From: an uncultured Thermodesulfobacteriota bacterium
Lineage (GTDB): Bacteria; Desulfobacterota; WTBG01; CAIYCZ01
Reading direction: 5' to 3'
Length of the DNA: 64,000 bases
Assembly: GCA_964594075.1 (NCBI GenBank)
Contig: CAZQKW010000009.1
Location: 11,912 to 75,911 of the forward strand
The notes beneath the pieces are model-generated. The model was not told where the DNA came from. It saw only the letters and a program-made list of their open reading frames with translations, and did no database searches. Position 1 is the first letter of the stretch; every line of letters starts with the position of its first letter. Positions 1 to 9,786 of the stretch are shown here, piece after piece. Made by a program: the position numbers and the translations under genes.

Positions 1-52
1 GTTGCGTTCGCTGCCCGATGCTATGCGGCGCGCCCAAAGCCCTTTAAAATTC

Positions 53-775
53 TTACATGGTAAATTTTTCTCCAAGATAAATACGTCGTGCGCTGCTGCT
101 TTCAATAATATCTTGAGGTGCCCCCTCTTCCAGAACCCGGCCATCATGAATAATATAAGCCCGCTGGCAAATGCCCAACGTCTCTCTCACGTTGTGGTCA
201 GATATTATCACCCCAATTCCCTTTGCGGTCAGGCGCAGAATGATGTTTTGAATGTCATGTACGGCGATTGGATCAACACCGGTAAACGGCTCATCAAAGA
301 GAATAAACGATGGCGAGGTTACCAGGGCACGGGTTATCTCTACCCGCCGGCGTTCGCCGCCCGACAGCAAGTATGCCTTCCGCTTGGCAATGCCGGCAAT
401 ATTAAGCTCGTTTAAGTGTTCCTCAAGCCGCTCCAGCATCTCTTCTCTTGAAATGGGGAGCGTTTCAAGGATGGCAAGGATATTCTCCTCAACCGTTAGT
501 TTTCTAAATATGGACGTTTCCTGGGGCAAATACGTAATGCCCATGCGCGCCCGCAGATACATGGGGTATTCGGTAATATTCTGGCCATCCAGATACACGG
601 CCCCGCTGTCCGGGTGATACAGGCCAACCATCATATAAAACGTTGTGGTTTTTCCCGCACCGTTTGGCCCCAGCAGGCCGACAATTTCACCGCGTTCAAC
701 CTCTAGCGAAATATTGTCAACAACTTTTTTCTCTCCAAAATATTTAACCAGTGCCTCGGTTCTGAGATGGGTCAT
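53..775 (-). CDS. lptB: LPS export ABC transporter ATP-binding protein LptB (start moved to internal ATG at 775, MTHLRTEAL...)
   Basis: Walker A GPNGAGKTT, ABC signature LSGGERRRV, Walker B ILFDEP; immediately downstream of lptA/lptC/kdsC/kdsD in conserved order. Confidence 0.85.
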   Translation of the reverse strand: MTHLRTEALVKYFGEKKVVDNISLEVERGEIVGLLGPNGAGKTTTFYMMVGLYHPDSGAVYLDGQNITEYPMYLRARMGITYLPQETSIFRKLTVEENILAILETLPISREEMLERLEEHLNELNIAGIAKRKAYLLSGGERRRVEITRALVTSPSFILFDEPFTGVDPIAVHDIQNIILRLTAKGIGVIISDHNVRETLGICQRAYIIHDGRVLEEGAPQDIIESSSARRIYLGEKFTM

Positions 776-874
776 AAATTCTTTGTTGGCTATGCACGCA
801 TATTGATACTTTACCACAGGATGCACATAAAACCATACTTTTTGTATGGATCCGCACGAGCTGCATCGCTAGCG

Positions 875-2098
875 TCACGGCGCGGTTTTCTGCCCCTTTT
901 TTTTGGGAACAATCGTTGCGCTCACCCGATTTGCCGTGCTGCCTTCAACAATGCTGCGTTCTTCCTTGATGAAGACCGTAATTTTCTCGCCATTGATGAC
1001 ATTGTCGCCCTGCCAGACCCGCGGGTTTCCGGTCAGCACAATTTTCTGCTCTTCATTATAATAGGTGATAACATCGCCGGTGGCAATCCGGTCGCCCTGA
1101 ATGATTTTTACACCACCCCGAGCTTCAATTTGCCGAAGCTTCCCTTGGGTTTCATAGGTTACATTCATGGCATCGGCGAAAATGACCATGTCGCCCTGGC
1201 GGGCAACCACGTGCCCCTTAAAGGCAACCATGTTGCGTTTATTGTCATATTCAAGGGTATCAGCATTAATATTTACCGGAAGGTTGGAACCAAAAGAAAG
1301 CGGCCCTCTTTTCTTCTGCGCTTCATCTGCTGTGCGAGGCGGTTTTTTATCCTCGCCCGACGGCACGGCAGCGACGCGGGCGCGCTCTTCCTCTGCCACA
1401 GGTTGCTCTGGCGCTGCGGCAGAAGGAGTCTGTGCCGGCATTTCAGATTTTTCAATCGAGGCTGGCGGAGGGGCTGAGGTCGTGGCACCATTTTCTTCTG
1501 CTCCGGAAGGAAGCTCCTGCTCAGCAGGTGGCGGCTGTTTCTCCGCCTCTTCGGCAAGCAGTTCTTCAGGGGGTTCAGGCCGTGGCGCTTCCTCGCTGGC
1601 ATCCGGTTGCTGAGGTTCGCTGAGAAGGGCCTTTTTCATGATTTCCGGCTCCAGCTTTTGCGCAATGGTGCGGATCAGAACGTCAAGCACCGTTCCCTCG
1701 GCAAACGCCTTAAAGTAAGCGCCCTTTTCGGCGCTGTTAAAGAGCTGTACATCAATGCTCATATCGTTTTGTATTTTGGTCATGCTGCCAAACACGATAA
1801 ATTGCGCATTAAGGGCTTGTGCGATTTCAGCGAGGGCAGTTTCGTGTAGACGTTTATCCTTTCTGTTTTGCAAAATAGCAGCGATTACCTCATAGCTGCA
1901 CGTGAATATTCGAGGATTAAGCGCCATCTGCTGCGCAAGCTGAATGGAAAGCTCTTTGCCCAGATTGGGCATTTCTTCCATGCTGAAAATATCAAATGGC
2001 ATTACCGCCACGCGCACTGCCGGCGCCTGTTGGGCGCTGAGGCTACCTGACCATAGCAGCGCTATCAGGATGAGGAGCATCGTGCGTTTGTAGTTCAT
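875..2098 (-). CDS. lptA: LptA/OstA-family periplasmic LPS transport protein with unusual N-terminal TolB-N-like domain and Pro/Glu/Ala-rich linker
   Basis: Signal peptide MNYKRTMLLILIALLWSGSLSA; C-terminal ~135 aa OstA-like beta-jellyroll (NINADTLEYDNKRNMVAFKGHVV...GDVITYYNEEQKIVLTGNPRV); position between lptC and lptB. Confidence 0.6.
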   Translation of the reverse strand: MNYKRTMLLILIALLWSGSLSAQQAPAVRVAVMPFDIFSMEEMPNLGKELSIQLAQQMALNPRIFTCSYEVIAAILQNRKDKRLHETALAEIAQALNAQFIVFGSMTKIQNDMSIDVQLFNSAEKGAYFKAFAEGTVLDVLIRTIAQKLEPEIMKKALLSEPQQPDASEEAPRPEPPEELLAEEAEKQPPPAEQELPSGAEENGATTSAPPPASIEKSEMPAQTPSAAAPEQPVAEEERARVAAVPSGEDKKPPRTADEAQKKRGPLSFGSNLPVNINADTLEYDNKRNMVAFKGHVVARQGDMVIFADAMNVTYETQGKLRQIEARGGVKIIQGDRIATGDVITYYNEEQKIVLTGNPRVWQGDNVINGEKITVFIKEERSIVEGSTANRVSATIVPKKKGQKTAP

Positions 2099-2664
2099 TT
2101 GTTCTCCGTTACCTTGACGTTGGCAAGCAAATCGATTTTTTCTTCCTTAATGTTAATAATCATGCCCACACCTTCCATATACGACCGCTCGCGGGTAATG
2201 ATTACTTTATCCGACGTGGTTACGATGCGCTTGGCATTGTCATATAAAAATGATTCGGTTGCAATCTGGGTGTTGTTCGGCAGCGTTCCTTTTACCTCAC
2301 CTTGAACAGTAATATTCTGGGTATCAATGTTAAGCTCTCCATACTTTCCCGAGAGCTTGTAGGTTTGGTTATTGGGCCGGTAGAGAATGACTTCTATGTC
2401 CTCAAGTTTTACCAGCTTCTGGTCTTTAAAATACCGGGCTTTTGCCGCTTTAAGCTCCCATTCCTTCTCATTATTTTTATTCGTATAGCCAAATGAGACG
2501 CCCGTGACTTCAAGGTTTGCGTCGCCTGGCGGAGGCTGCGTATCTGGTACTTTTATTATGAAGGGCGCGCGTTTTTCCTTTACCGCAGAACCTACGACGA
2601 TTACGATAATAACCAGCGCCACGCCGAGCAGCGCCACCTGAAGCCGCCGCATACTGCGGTACAT
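2095..2664 (-). CDS. lptC: LPS export protein LptC (start probably at internal MYRSMRRLQ / MRRLQ, N-terminal TM anchor)
   Basis: Single N-terminal TM helix LQVALLGVALVIIVIVVGSAV followed by beta-rich periplasmic domain; between kdsC and lptA; listed ORF start at 2760 would overlap kdsC by >70 nt. Confidence 0.55.
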   Translation of the reverse strand: MYRSMRRLQVALLGVALVIIVIVVGSAVKEKRAPFIIKVPDTQPPPGDANLEVTGVSFGYTNKNNEKEWELKAAKARYFKDQKLVKLEDIEVILYRPNNQTYKLSGKYGELNIDTQNITVQGEVKGTLPNNTQIATESFLYDNAKRIVTTSDKVIITRERSYMEGVGMIINIKEEKIDLLANVKVTENK

Positions 2665-2683
2665 GCTGTTGGGTGGTTGCCGA

Positions 2684-3193
2684 CTAAAAATAGCGCGCGG
2701 TAACTGATTCCCAAACGCCGCGAGCCTTGAGAATAATTTCGCATACCTCCCGGACAGCACCCTTTCCTGCCTCCTTCTGGGTTACATAATCAACCTCCCG
2801 CTTGACTTCATCCACACTGTCAGGAACTGCAACAGAAAATCCGCATTTTCTCAGGATCGGGAGATCCGTCAGGTCGTCACCCATGACACACAGCTCTTCA
2901 TCGCGCAAATTTTGTGTTGCGCGTATTTCCTCGTAGGCCTCAATTTTATTCAGCGCTTTTTGAAACACCAGACGTATGCCAAGATCCCGGGCCCGGTGCT
3001 CTACCGCAGCAGATCGTCTGCCGGTTACCAAAGCAACCTCAATGCCCGCGCGCAACAACAGTTTAATGCCATGCCCATCCTTCACATCAAAACACTTTAG
3101 TTCTTCGCCCCGGTCAGAGTAGATAATTTTTCCGTCAGTAAGCACTCCGTCAACATCAAGAATGAGCAGTTTAATGGCGCGCGCCTTTTCCAT
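2684..3193 (-). CDS. kdsC: 3-deoxy-D-manno-octulosonate 8-phosphate phosphatase KdsC (HAD family)
   Basis: HAD motif I LILDVDGVLTDG, typical KdsC length (169 aa), synteny with kdsD. Confidence 0.8.
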   Translation of the reverse strand: MEKARAIKLLILDVDGVLTDGKIIYSDRGEELKCFDVKDGHGIKLLLRAGIEVALVTGRRSAAVEHRARDLGIRLVFQKALNKIEAYEEIRATQNLRDEELCVMGDDLTDLPILRKCGFSVAVPDSVDEVKREVDYVTQKEAGKGAVREVCEIILKARGVWESVTARYF

Positions 3194-3225
3194 ATCTTGT
3201 GCCCCGCCGCGTTTTGCAGCAGCCT

Positions 3226-4194
3226 CTACACAATCCCTGCCTTAAGAATGTCATGCAGATGAATTACTCCCTCAGGCCGTTTTTTCCCGGACTCTGACAC
3301 AATAAACAATGCGGTAATAGCATACTGCTCCATCTTCTGCAGCGCCTGTTGTGCCAGCGCATTTTTTTCAATGGTTTTAGGATTGACCGTCATGACTTCC
3401 CGGGCAGAGCGGGCAAGAAGGTTTTCATCGCGTTCAAGTCCCCTGCGCAGATCGCCATCAGTGATAATGCCGGTTAGTTCGCCGCTTTCATTAACAACCC
3501 CAGCCAGGCCTAACCTTTTGGACGTCATCTCAATGAGCACCGCTTTCATAGGATCCTGCTCAAATACCAACGGGAGCGCATCTTTGACATGCATCAAATC
3601 CTCAACCCGGAGCAATAATTTGCGTCCTAATGTGCCGCCAGGATGGAGCAGGGCAAAATCTTCTTCTCTGAACCCGCGCCGCTCCAGGAGCGCCAGCGCC
3701 AGTGCATCCCCCATTGCCATTGCTGCGGTGGTACTGGCGGTAGGGATCAGCCCCAGCGGACACGCCTCTTCCGGAACGCTGATGTCAAGGACAACGTCGC
3801 CACTTTTTGACAAGACTGAATCCGGATTCCCGGTTAACACGATGAGTTTTATGCCCAGGCGTTTGATGACCGGCAATATCTTCAGCAGTTCATCGGTTTC
3901 ACCGCTGTTGGAAACCGCTATCACCACATCATCCTTTGATACCATGCCAATATCGCCGTGAATGCCCTCTGCCGGATGGAGGAAAAAAGCCGGTGTTCCT
4001 GAACAGGAAAGCGTGGAAGCAATCTTCTGGGAGATTATGCCTGATTTCCCAATACCGGTCACAATGACTTTGCCGGAACATGATTGCAGAATGTTCACCG
4101 CCTTGACAAAATCCTCATCAATGCGATCGATGAGCGCAAGAATTGCGTTTGCTTCCTTGCGAAAAATCTCTTTTGCATGTGTGAGAATGGTCAT
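3226..4194 (-). CDS. kdsD: arabinose-5-phosphate isomerase KdsD (SIS + tandem CBS domains); start at internal ATG 4194
   Basis: SIS domain (GIGKSGIISQKIASTLSCSGTPAFFLHP), C-terminal CBS pair; synteny kdsD-kdsC-lptC. Confidence 0.8.
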   Translation of the reverse strand: MTILTHAKEIFRKEANAILALIDRIDEDFVKAVNILQSCSGKVIVTGIGKSGIISQKIASTLSCSGTPAFFLHPAEGIHGDIGMVSKDDVVIAVSNSGETDELLKILPVIKRLGIKLIVLTGNPDSVLSKSGDVVLDISVPEEACPLGLIPTASTTAAMAMGDALALALLERRGFREEDFALLHPGGTLGRKLLLRVEDLMHVKDALPLVFEQDPMKAVLIEMTSKRLGLAGVVNESGELTGIITDGDLRRGLERDENLLARSAREVMTVNPKTIEKNALAQQALQKMEQYAITALFIVSESGKKRPEGVIHLHDILKAGIV

Positions 4195-4316
4195 GCGATC
4201 TCCTGTCGCAACGTGCCGCCTATGGCTAACATATAACCCATAACCACAGCCGGGACACCTGAAAGCCTTCAGGATTTCGGGCACACCCAGAATTTAGTAA
4301 ACGCTGAAAACTGCCG

Positions 4317-5153
4317 TCAGCCGGATCGGGTTATGCGGTCAATCTGCTTTATGACCTGTAACAGCCGGGGCACTTGCGCCAGCCGCAGTGAATTTGGTCC
4401 GTCACAGAGCGCGTTGTCCGGTTGTTCGTGCACTTCTAAAAATAGCGCATCCACGCCCACTGCTGCAGCTGCCCGGGCAAGCGGTGCCACAAACAGGCGC
4501 TCTCCACCAGACGCAGCGCCACCGGCTCCCGGAAGCTGGACACTGTGTGTGGCGTCAAATACCACCGGAAATCCGAACTGACGCATAATAACCAGCGAAC
4601 GCATATCAACGACTAGATTATGATAACCGAAGGTGGCACCTCGTTCGGTAATCAAAAGACGCCTATTGCCGGTGCTGGTAACCTTTTCAATAATGAAACC
4701 AACATCGTCGGGAGCAAGAAACTGTCCCTTTTTAATATTCACTGCTTTGCCCGTGCGGGCAACTTCTATAATAAAATCGGTCTGCCTGCATAAAAACGCT
4801 GGAATTTGCAGAACATCCAGCACTTCTGCAGCAGCTTCAATCTCTTCAAAACGATGCACATCAGAAAGCACTGGGATTTCAAGCTGGCGCCTGATCCGTG
4901 CTAAAATTTCCAGCCCCTGCTCATATCCCGGCCCCCGGAAAGATGTGAGTGAAGTCCGGTTCGCCTTATCGTATGATGCCTTAAAAATAAACGGCATTTC
5001 TGCAGCAGCAGCAATTTTTTTTAGCTTTTGAGCTACTGCGCAGGTTTGTTTCCATCCTTCTATTACGCACGGTCCAGCAATAAGAACAATTGGAGCTTGT
5101 CCCCCAATCCTGATGTTGCCAATCCTGACCTGTTCTGATTTAGATACCGTCAT
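4317..5153 (-). CDS. kdsA: 2-dehydro-3-deoxyphosphooctonate aldolase (KDO-8-phosphate synthase)
   Basis: DAHP/KDO8P synthase family signature (IAGPCVIE..., KASYDKANRTS, DVHE), 278 aa. Confidence 0.85.
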   Translation of the reverse strand: MTVSKSEQVRIGNIRIGGQAPIVLIAGPCVIEGWKQTCAVAQKLKKIAAAAEMPFIFKASYDKANRTSLTSFRGPGYEQGLEILARIRRQLEIPVLSDVHRFEEIEAAAEVLDVLQIPAFLCRQTDFIIEVARTGKAVNIKKGQFLAPDDVGFIIEKVTSTGNRRLLITERGATFGYHNLVVDMRSLVIMRQFGFPVVFDATHSVQLPGAGGAASGGERLFVAPLARAAAAVGVDALFLEVHEQPDNALCDGPNSLRLAQVPRLLQVIKQIDRITRSG

Positions 5154-5190
5154 GCAAAAACTATACAGAAAACTTAAGGGTTAATCAAGA

Positions 5191-5223
5191 CTAAAATCCC
5201 CCCAGACAATCTCTCATCTGAGG
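5191..5223 (-). terminator. putative intrinsic terminator downstream of the TPR-like gene
   Basis: 8-bp stem (one G-U) CCCUCAGA/UCUGGGGG with 10-nt loop followed by GAUUUUAG on the minus strand. Confidence 0.35.
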
Positions 5224-5265
5224 GAATTTAAGATGAAACAGGAATATAGAAATAGATACTTCGCG

Positions 5266-6228
5266 TTACGCCATGTAAGCATCAACGGGAGCAGTATCCG
5301 AAAGCCAGGTAAGTGCACCGGGCGTCTGTTGCCACAGTTCTAATGCAAGTGCCGCATATTCGACCGCTTCATTTTTGTCACCTATAGCTACATAATCAGG
5401 AAGATATCGCGGCAGCCGCTTTTTACCCAGGAGAAACAACGGGACAAAACGATTATATGCTTTTGCCTCCTGCAGAGCCGCGCGGGCACGCTGACTGTTT
5501 CCGTCTTTGCGAAACAGCAATAACGCACGGCTATACAGCCAGGTCGCGGATCGGTCATCTTCATAGGTATGCAAAAGATTTTCGAGTTCCTGGTCCAGGG
5601 CTTCAGCAAGCAAGCAATTGGCAAGCAGATACCGAATGCCCTGATTATCATTGGGGTTGAGTCGCAGCAAATCCCGATAGTGATCCAACGCCTCCTTCCG
5701 GCTGCTAAGCAGCCACAAGCATTGCGCCAACCCGGCCCGCGCCCGCATATAGGGGCGCGTCTCCAGTATGCCCCAAAAATTGCCAACTTCATTTTTAAAC
5801 ATTTTTGGTCCCAGGGCGCGCTCCCCTGCCTGAACGCCTTGTTCAAAGAGATTTTTTTGTTCCTCAAGGGTGTGCGTCGCCTCTTCTGCAAGGAGCACAT
5901 AGGCATCAGCACAATCGGGGCATATTTCAAGTGCCTGTCGAGCCAGTTCAACCCGTTTTTTTCCGGAAGCCTCGAATGCTTCATAAACAAGTTCCTGGGC
6001 TTTTTGCAGAGCCGTAGCGTTTTCTGCAGGCGGCAGTTCCCCGGTGGTCAGCAGGTCATGTAAAAAAGACTTCGCCTCTTCTACAGAACCAAACTGCTGC
6101 TCATTCAAAATAGCGGTCAAATCAGACAGGGCTTTTTCTGCTGCTCGCATGTCTCCAGCCCGTTTACCTTTTTTTGACCTGGTGTTTGAGACTTTATTTC
6201 CTTTCCGCTGGGTTTTTTTAGTCTTCAT
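5266..6228 (-). CDS. hypothetical protein with TPR-like helical repeats and Lys-rich N-terminus
   Basis: Long ORF; alpha-helical repeat-like sequence; no recognisable catalytic motifs. Confidence 0.4.
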   Translation of the reverse strand: MKTKKTQRKGNKVSNTRSKKGKRAGDMRAAEKALSDLTAILNEQQFGSVEEAKSFLHDLLTTGELPPAENATALQKAQELVYEAFEASGKKRVELARQALEICPDCADAYVLLAEEATHTLEEQKNLFEQGVQAGERALGPKMFKNEVGNFWGILETRPYMRARAGLAQCLWLLSSRKEALDHYRDLLRLNPNDNQGIRYLLANCLLAEALDQELENLLHTYEDDRSATWLYSRALLLFRKDGNSQRARAALQEAKAYNRFVPLFLLGKKRLPRYLPDYVAIGDKNEAVEYAALALELWQQTPGALTWLSDTAPVDAYMA

Positions 6229-6670
6229 ATTATAACATCCTCCCCATATCGCGCTTGTGCCGCGCGTGTTTCCGACTTACTTTCAGCAGCGTTTATGTGC
6301 GTCAATGAAAATGCCCGTAACAACTGGATAAATCAATCCTTCATTACCTGACGGTTGGTGCAGGTTAATATCCCCTCATGGTAGTAGCATACTGCTCAAA
6401 AGCACTAGCATAGGTGTCAATCGCAGATAATGCGGTTTAAACAGAAGCACCTGAATACAGTGTTTTGTTGCTTTGGCTCCCTGTTCTGAAGAAGCAACTT
6501 ATCTGATAGTTTTCTTGAGAAGACTGGGGCCGGGAACTCCTTTCATTGGATTTCCCCTTTTATTAAATTTTAATCCGATAGCTGACCCTTGCCACACAAG
6601 CAGGCAAGGACATCCTTCTCTTTTTCCGAAATAAAGCCCTTTTTATTTCTGTTTCTTGCAATATAAAATT

Positions 6671-7744
6671 TCAGGATAGCGCGTATTCTTCTCTCAGTCG
6701 CAGGGAAACATCGCTTAACATCTGCAGCACCTTCAGTGCGGATTCTTCACTGAGCGACCCCATGCCGCAACTTGGGGTTATAAGGGACTGGCGGATAATT
6801 TTCTCCCGTGCAACACCGGCCGAAGAGAGTTGCTGCACTTCTTCATTCCACAGGTCTAAAAGATTATTAAGGGTTACCCTCTCAATGACCTCTTCTGAAT
6901 GGGTTGGCACAAGGCCCCAGGCAATGGTTCCTCCTCTATTAAGAAAACCAACCAGCTCCTGTTTGAATAACAACACCCGGTCAAAAAAACCATAGGCATC
7001 AAAATTTAAAACATCAATGTCACTCTTCAGCAGTATTGCCCAGTCGGTATTTTCACAGCAGTGGACGCCGGCCCACGCTGTAGTATTATGAATCAGGCTA
7101 ACTACTTCGTTGAGGTCTTTAGTAATATCTTCAGCCTGAACGCCCAGATACGCGCTGGAACCGAACCCGCACAGCGACGGCTCATCCAGAAACATGAGCA
7201 CGGAAACACCGAACTGCTGAAGTTTTTTTATTTGCCACAGCGCTTTCAAGCCGACATGTTTTACGATGATATCCCTTAACTGGGTGTTATAATAGGCATA
7301 TTTACCGTGCTGGTCTTTAAGTCCGGTGGATAGGGTAAAAGGGCCGGTTACCTGACCTTTGACGATTGTGGCGGGCAGATGTTTTTTTTTGGCAAGGAGG
7401 TCAATAAAAGAAAAAAACCCCCGGGCCCGATTCCGTGATATGGCAAAACGCTCTAGAGATGCGGGTGAACCTCCCTCGGTAACCGCCAAATAATCCTCAT
7501 AAAAGCGCAGCACAGCCGGTTCAAATTCCGCGTGTTCGGTATCAAAGTAGCTGCGCTCGGCAGTCTCATATATTTCGGGCAATCCTTCATTATACTGTTC
7601 AAGCATTCCTTCACCCGGAAATTTGGGTAGCTGCACCCATGAAGGGAGCAAGGGAGCATATTTAAATATCAATGCGGTTGCTTCCTCCGGGTCAGTGAGC
7701 GGAAGGCTACCGATAGTGGTTGCGCGCAAATCACCGTTGAACAT
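6671..7744 (-). CDS. cobalamin-independent methionine synthase (MetE C-terminal/UroD-like) family protein
   Basis: MetE-like motif RATTIGSLPLT (cf. TTTIGSFPQT), His-Cys (VHCCEN) and later Cys (PSCGMG) at positions matching MetE zinc ligands. Confidence 0.5.
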   Translation of the reverse strand: MFNGDLRATTIGSLPLTDPEEATALIFKYAPLLPSWVQLPKFPGEGMLEQYNEGLPEIYETAERSYFDTEHAEFEPAVLRFYEDYLAVTEGGSPASLERFAISRNRARGFFSFIDLLAKKKHLPATIVKGQVTGPFTLSTGLKDQHGKYAYYNTQLRDIIVKHVGLKALWQIKKLQQFGVSVLMFLDEPSLCGFGSSAYLGVQAEDITKDLNEVVSLIHNTTAWAGVHCCENTDWAILLKSDIDVLNFDAYGFFDRVLLFKQELVGFLNRGGTIAWGLVPTHSEEVIERVTLNNLLDLWNEEVQQLSSAGVAREKIIRQSLITPSCGMGSLSEESALKVLQMLSDVSLRLREEYALS

Positions 7745-7793
7745 AGCAAGCCCCTTTTTTTATCTTGACTATACACCGGGACTGAAAAAATGC

Positions 7794-7826
7794 AAAAATA
7801 AAAAACTGACAGCGGTTAGCGGTCAG
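7794..7826 (-). terminator. intrinsic terminator of glmS
   Basis: Minus strand CUGACCGC-UAAC-CGCUGUCAG hairpin followed by UUUUUUAUUUUU, ~60 nt after glmS stop. Confidence 0.45.
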
Positions 7827-7883
7827 CTCGAGGTTCGAAAAAGAGATACTTGTAACAGTCCTGGTACGAAAATATTTTTTAAA

Positions 7884-9713
7884 TTATTCAACCGTCACGC
7901 TTTTTGCCAGATTCCGCGGCTGGTCCACATCAGTGCCCTTTATAACTGCCACATGGTAAGCAAAAAGTTGCAGAGGTATAACCATGAGAATGGGGGTTAA
8001 CAGCGGGTTTGTTTCTGGCACAAACAGCACATGGTTGGCCTTCTGGGCTATTTCAGTGTCTCCTTCAGTAGCGACAGCAATAATACGCCCTTTGCGTGAT
8101 TTTACTTCTTCAATATTGCTCATGACTTTTTCATAGTTTGCGCACCGTGGGGCTACCACCACAATCGGCATCTCTTCGTCAATCAAGGCAATTGGACCGT
8201 GTTTCATTTCCCCTGCCGGATAGCCCTCGGCATGAATATAGGAAATTTCTTTCAGTTTCAGCGCTCCTTCCAGCGCAATGGGGTAGTTGATGCCGCGGCC
8301 AAGATATAAAAAATTTCTCGCATCAGCATATATGCGGGCAGTCTTTTCTATTTCTGCACTGGTTTCAAGAACTCGTTCCATAAGATGCGGCAACCGTACC
8401 AGATCTTGAATCAATTGACCTGCACGCTCTTCGGTAACCGTACCCTTGGCTTTGCCTAAAAACAGCGCCATGAGAAAAAGGGCGGTAACCTGGCTGGTAA
8501 ATGCCTTGGTTGAGGCAACACCGATCTCCGGACCGGCATGGGTGTATAATACGCTGTCGCAATCACGGGCAAGGCTGCTCTCTACCACATTGCAGATGGC
8601 AAGCGTCCGGGCGCCTTTTGCTTTTCCTTCTCGCATGGCGGCAAGAGTATCGGCGGTTTCCCCTGACTGGGAGATTAAAATAATGAGCGTCTGATCATCC
8701 ACCAGCGGGTTGCGATAGCGGAACTCTGATCCCAGATCCACTTCCACCGGGATGCGGCTCAGCTCTTCTATCATAAATTTCCCTACCAGACCAGCATAGT
8801 AAGAAGTGCCGCAGGCAATGCAGCAGACGCGCCTAATGGCATGCAGGTCCGGCACCTCCGCTTCAAACCCATTTAAAAAAACCTCACCGGTATCTGCGGA
8901 AATTCTCCCGCGCAGCGTATCCGTAATGGCACGGGGCTGTTCAAAAATTTCCTTTTGCATAAAGTGCTTGAACCCGCCCTTTTCAGCCATGATGGGATCC
9001 CAGGTAACTACCTTAACGGAGCGCTCAATGGGCTCACCGGCAAGATTTTTTATTACCACTGACTCAGCATCCAGCAGCGCCAAGTCGCCATCTTCAAGGA
9101 AAATCATTCTGCGCGTATAGGGCAGGATTGCCGGGACATCTGAGGCAACAAAATTTTCACCGGACCCGAGCCCGATTACCAGCGGGCTTTCATTGCGGGC
9201 GGCCACTAATTGACCGGCCGCAGCTTCATTGAGGACTGCAATTGCGTATGACCCTCTGATGAGGGCGAGTCCCTTGCGCACCGCCTCCTCAAATGAACAA
9301 CCCGCTGCACAGAAGCGCGCAAATAGGTGGGAGAGCACCTCGCTGTCTGTTTCCGATTGAAACTGGTGTCCCTCCTCTTTCAGCATGTTTTTCAACTCAA
9401 GATAATTTTCTATAATGCCGTTATGCACCACGGCTATGCCGTTATAGAAATGAGGATGGGCATTCTCTTCTGAGGGACGGCCATGTGTTGCCCAGCGGGT
9501 ATGACCAATACCGGCACCGCCATTGAAGGTTGCATTGCAGAGAATATTTTCCAGATTACACAATTTTCCCTGGCAGCGGCGGACGGCAATTTTACCATCA
9601 TTAAAAATTGCAATGCCAGCCGAATCATAGCCGCGATATTCCAGCCGCCGGAGTCCTTCCAGCAGCACCGGACAGGTATTTCTGCTGCCAATATAACCAA
9701 CAATTCCACACAT
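7884..9713 (-). CDS. glmS: glutamine--fructose-6-phosphate aminotransferase
   Basis: N-terminal MCGIVGY class-II amidotransferase nucleophile, two SIS domains, C-terminal ...KSVTVE. Confidence 0.9.
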   Translation of the reverse strand: MCGIVGYIGSRNTCPVLLEGLRRLEYRGYDSAGIAIFNDGKIAVRRCQGKLCNLENILCNATFNGGAGIGHTRWATHGRPSEENAHPHFYNGIAVVHNGIIENYLELKNMLKEEGHQFQSETDSEVLSHLFARFCAAGCSFEEAVRKGLALIRGSYAIAVLNEAAAGQLVAARNESPLVIGLGSGENFVASDVPAILPYTRRMIFLEDGDLALLDAESVVIKNLAGEPIERSVKVVTWDPIMAEKGGFKHFMQKEIFEQPRAITDTLRGRISADTGEVFLNGFEAEVPDLHAIRRVCCIACGTSYYAGLVGKFMIEELSRIPVEVDLGSEFRYRNPLVDDQTLIILISQSGETADTLAAMREGKAKGARTLAICNVVESSLARDCDSVLYTHAGPEIGVASTKAFTSQVTALFLMALFLGKAKGTVTEERAGQLIQDLVRLPHLMERVLETSAEIEKTARIYADARNFLYLGRGINYPIALEGALKLKEISYIHAEGYPAGEMKHGPIALIDEEMPIVVVAPRCANYEKVMSNIEEVKSRKGRIIAVATEGDTEIAQKANHVLFVPETNPLLTPILMVIPLQLFAYHVAVIKGTDVDQPRNLAKSVTVE

Positions 9714-9786
9714 CTGTCAGTCCCTTTCTTTGCCAGAGCGGTGACGGGTTGCCCTGGTATTAAAAGTCCCGATGGCGACTTATGGC

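Noticed and set aside
1167-1613. Several overlapping ORFs on both strands (1167..1613 +, 1273..1602 -, 1432..1623 +)
   Set aside because: All fall inside the Pro/Glu/Ala-rich, GC-biased low-complexity linker of lptA where stop codons are rare in every frame; shadow ORFs
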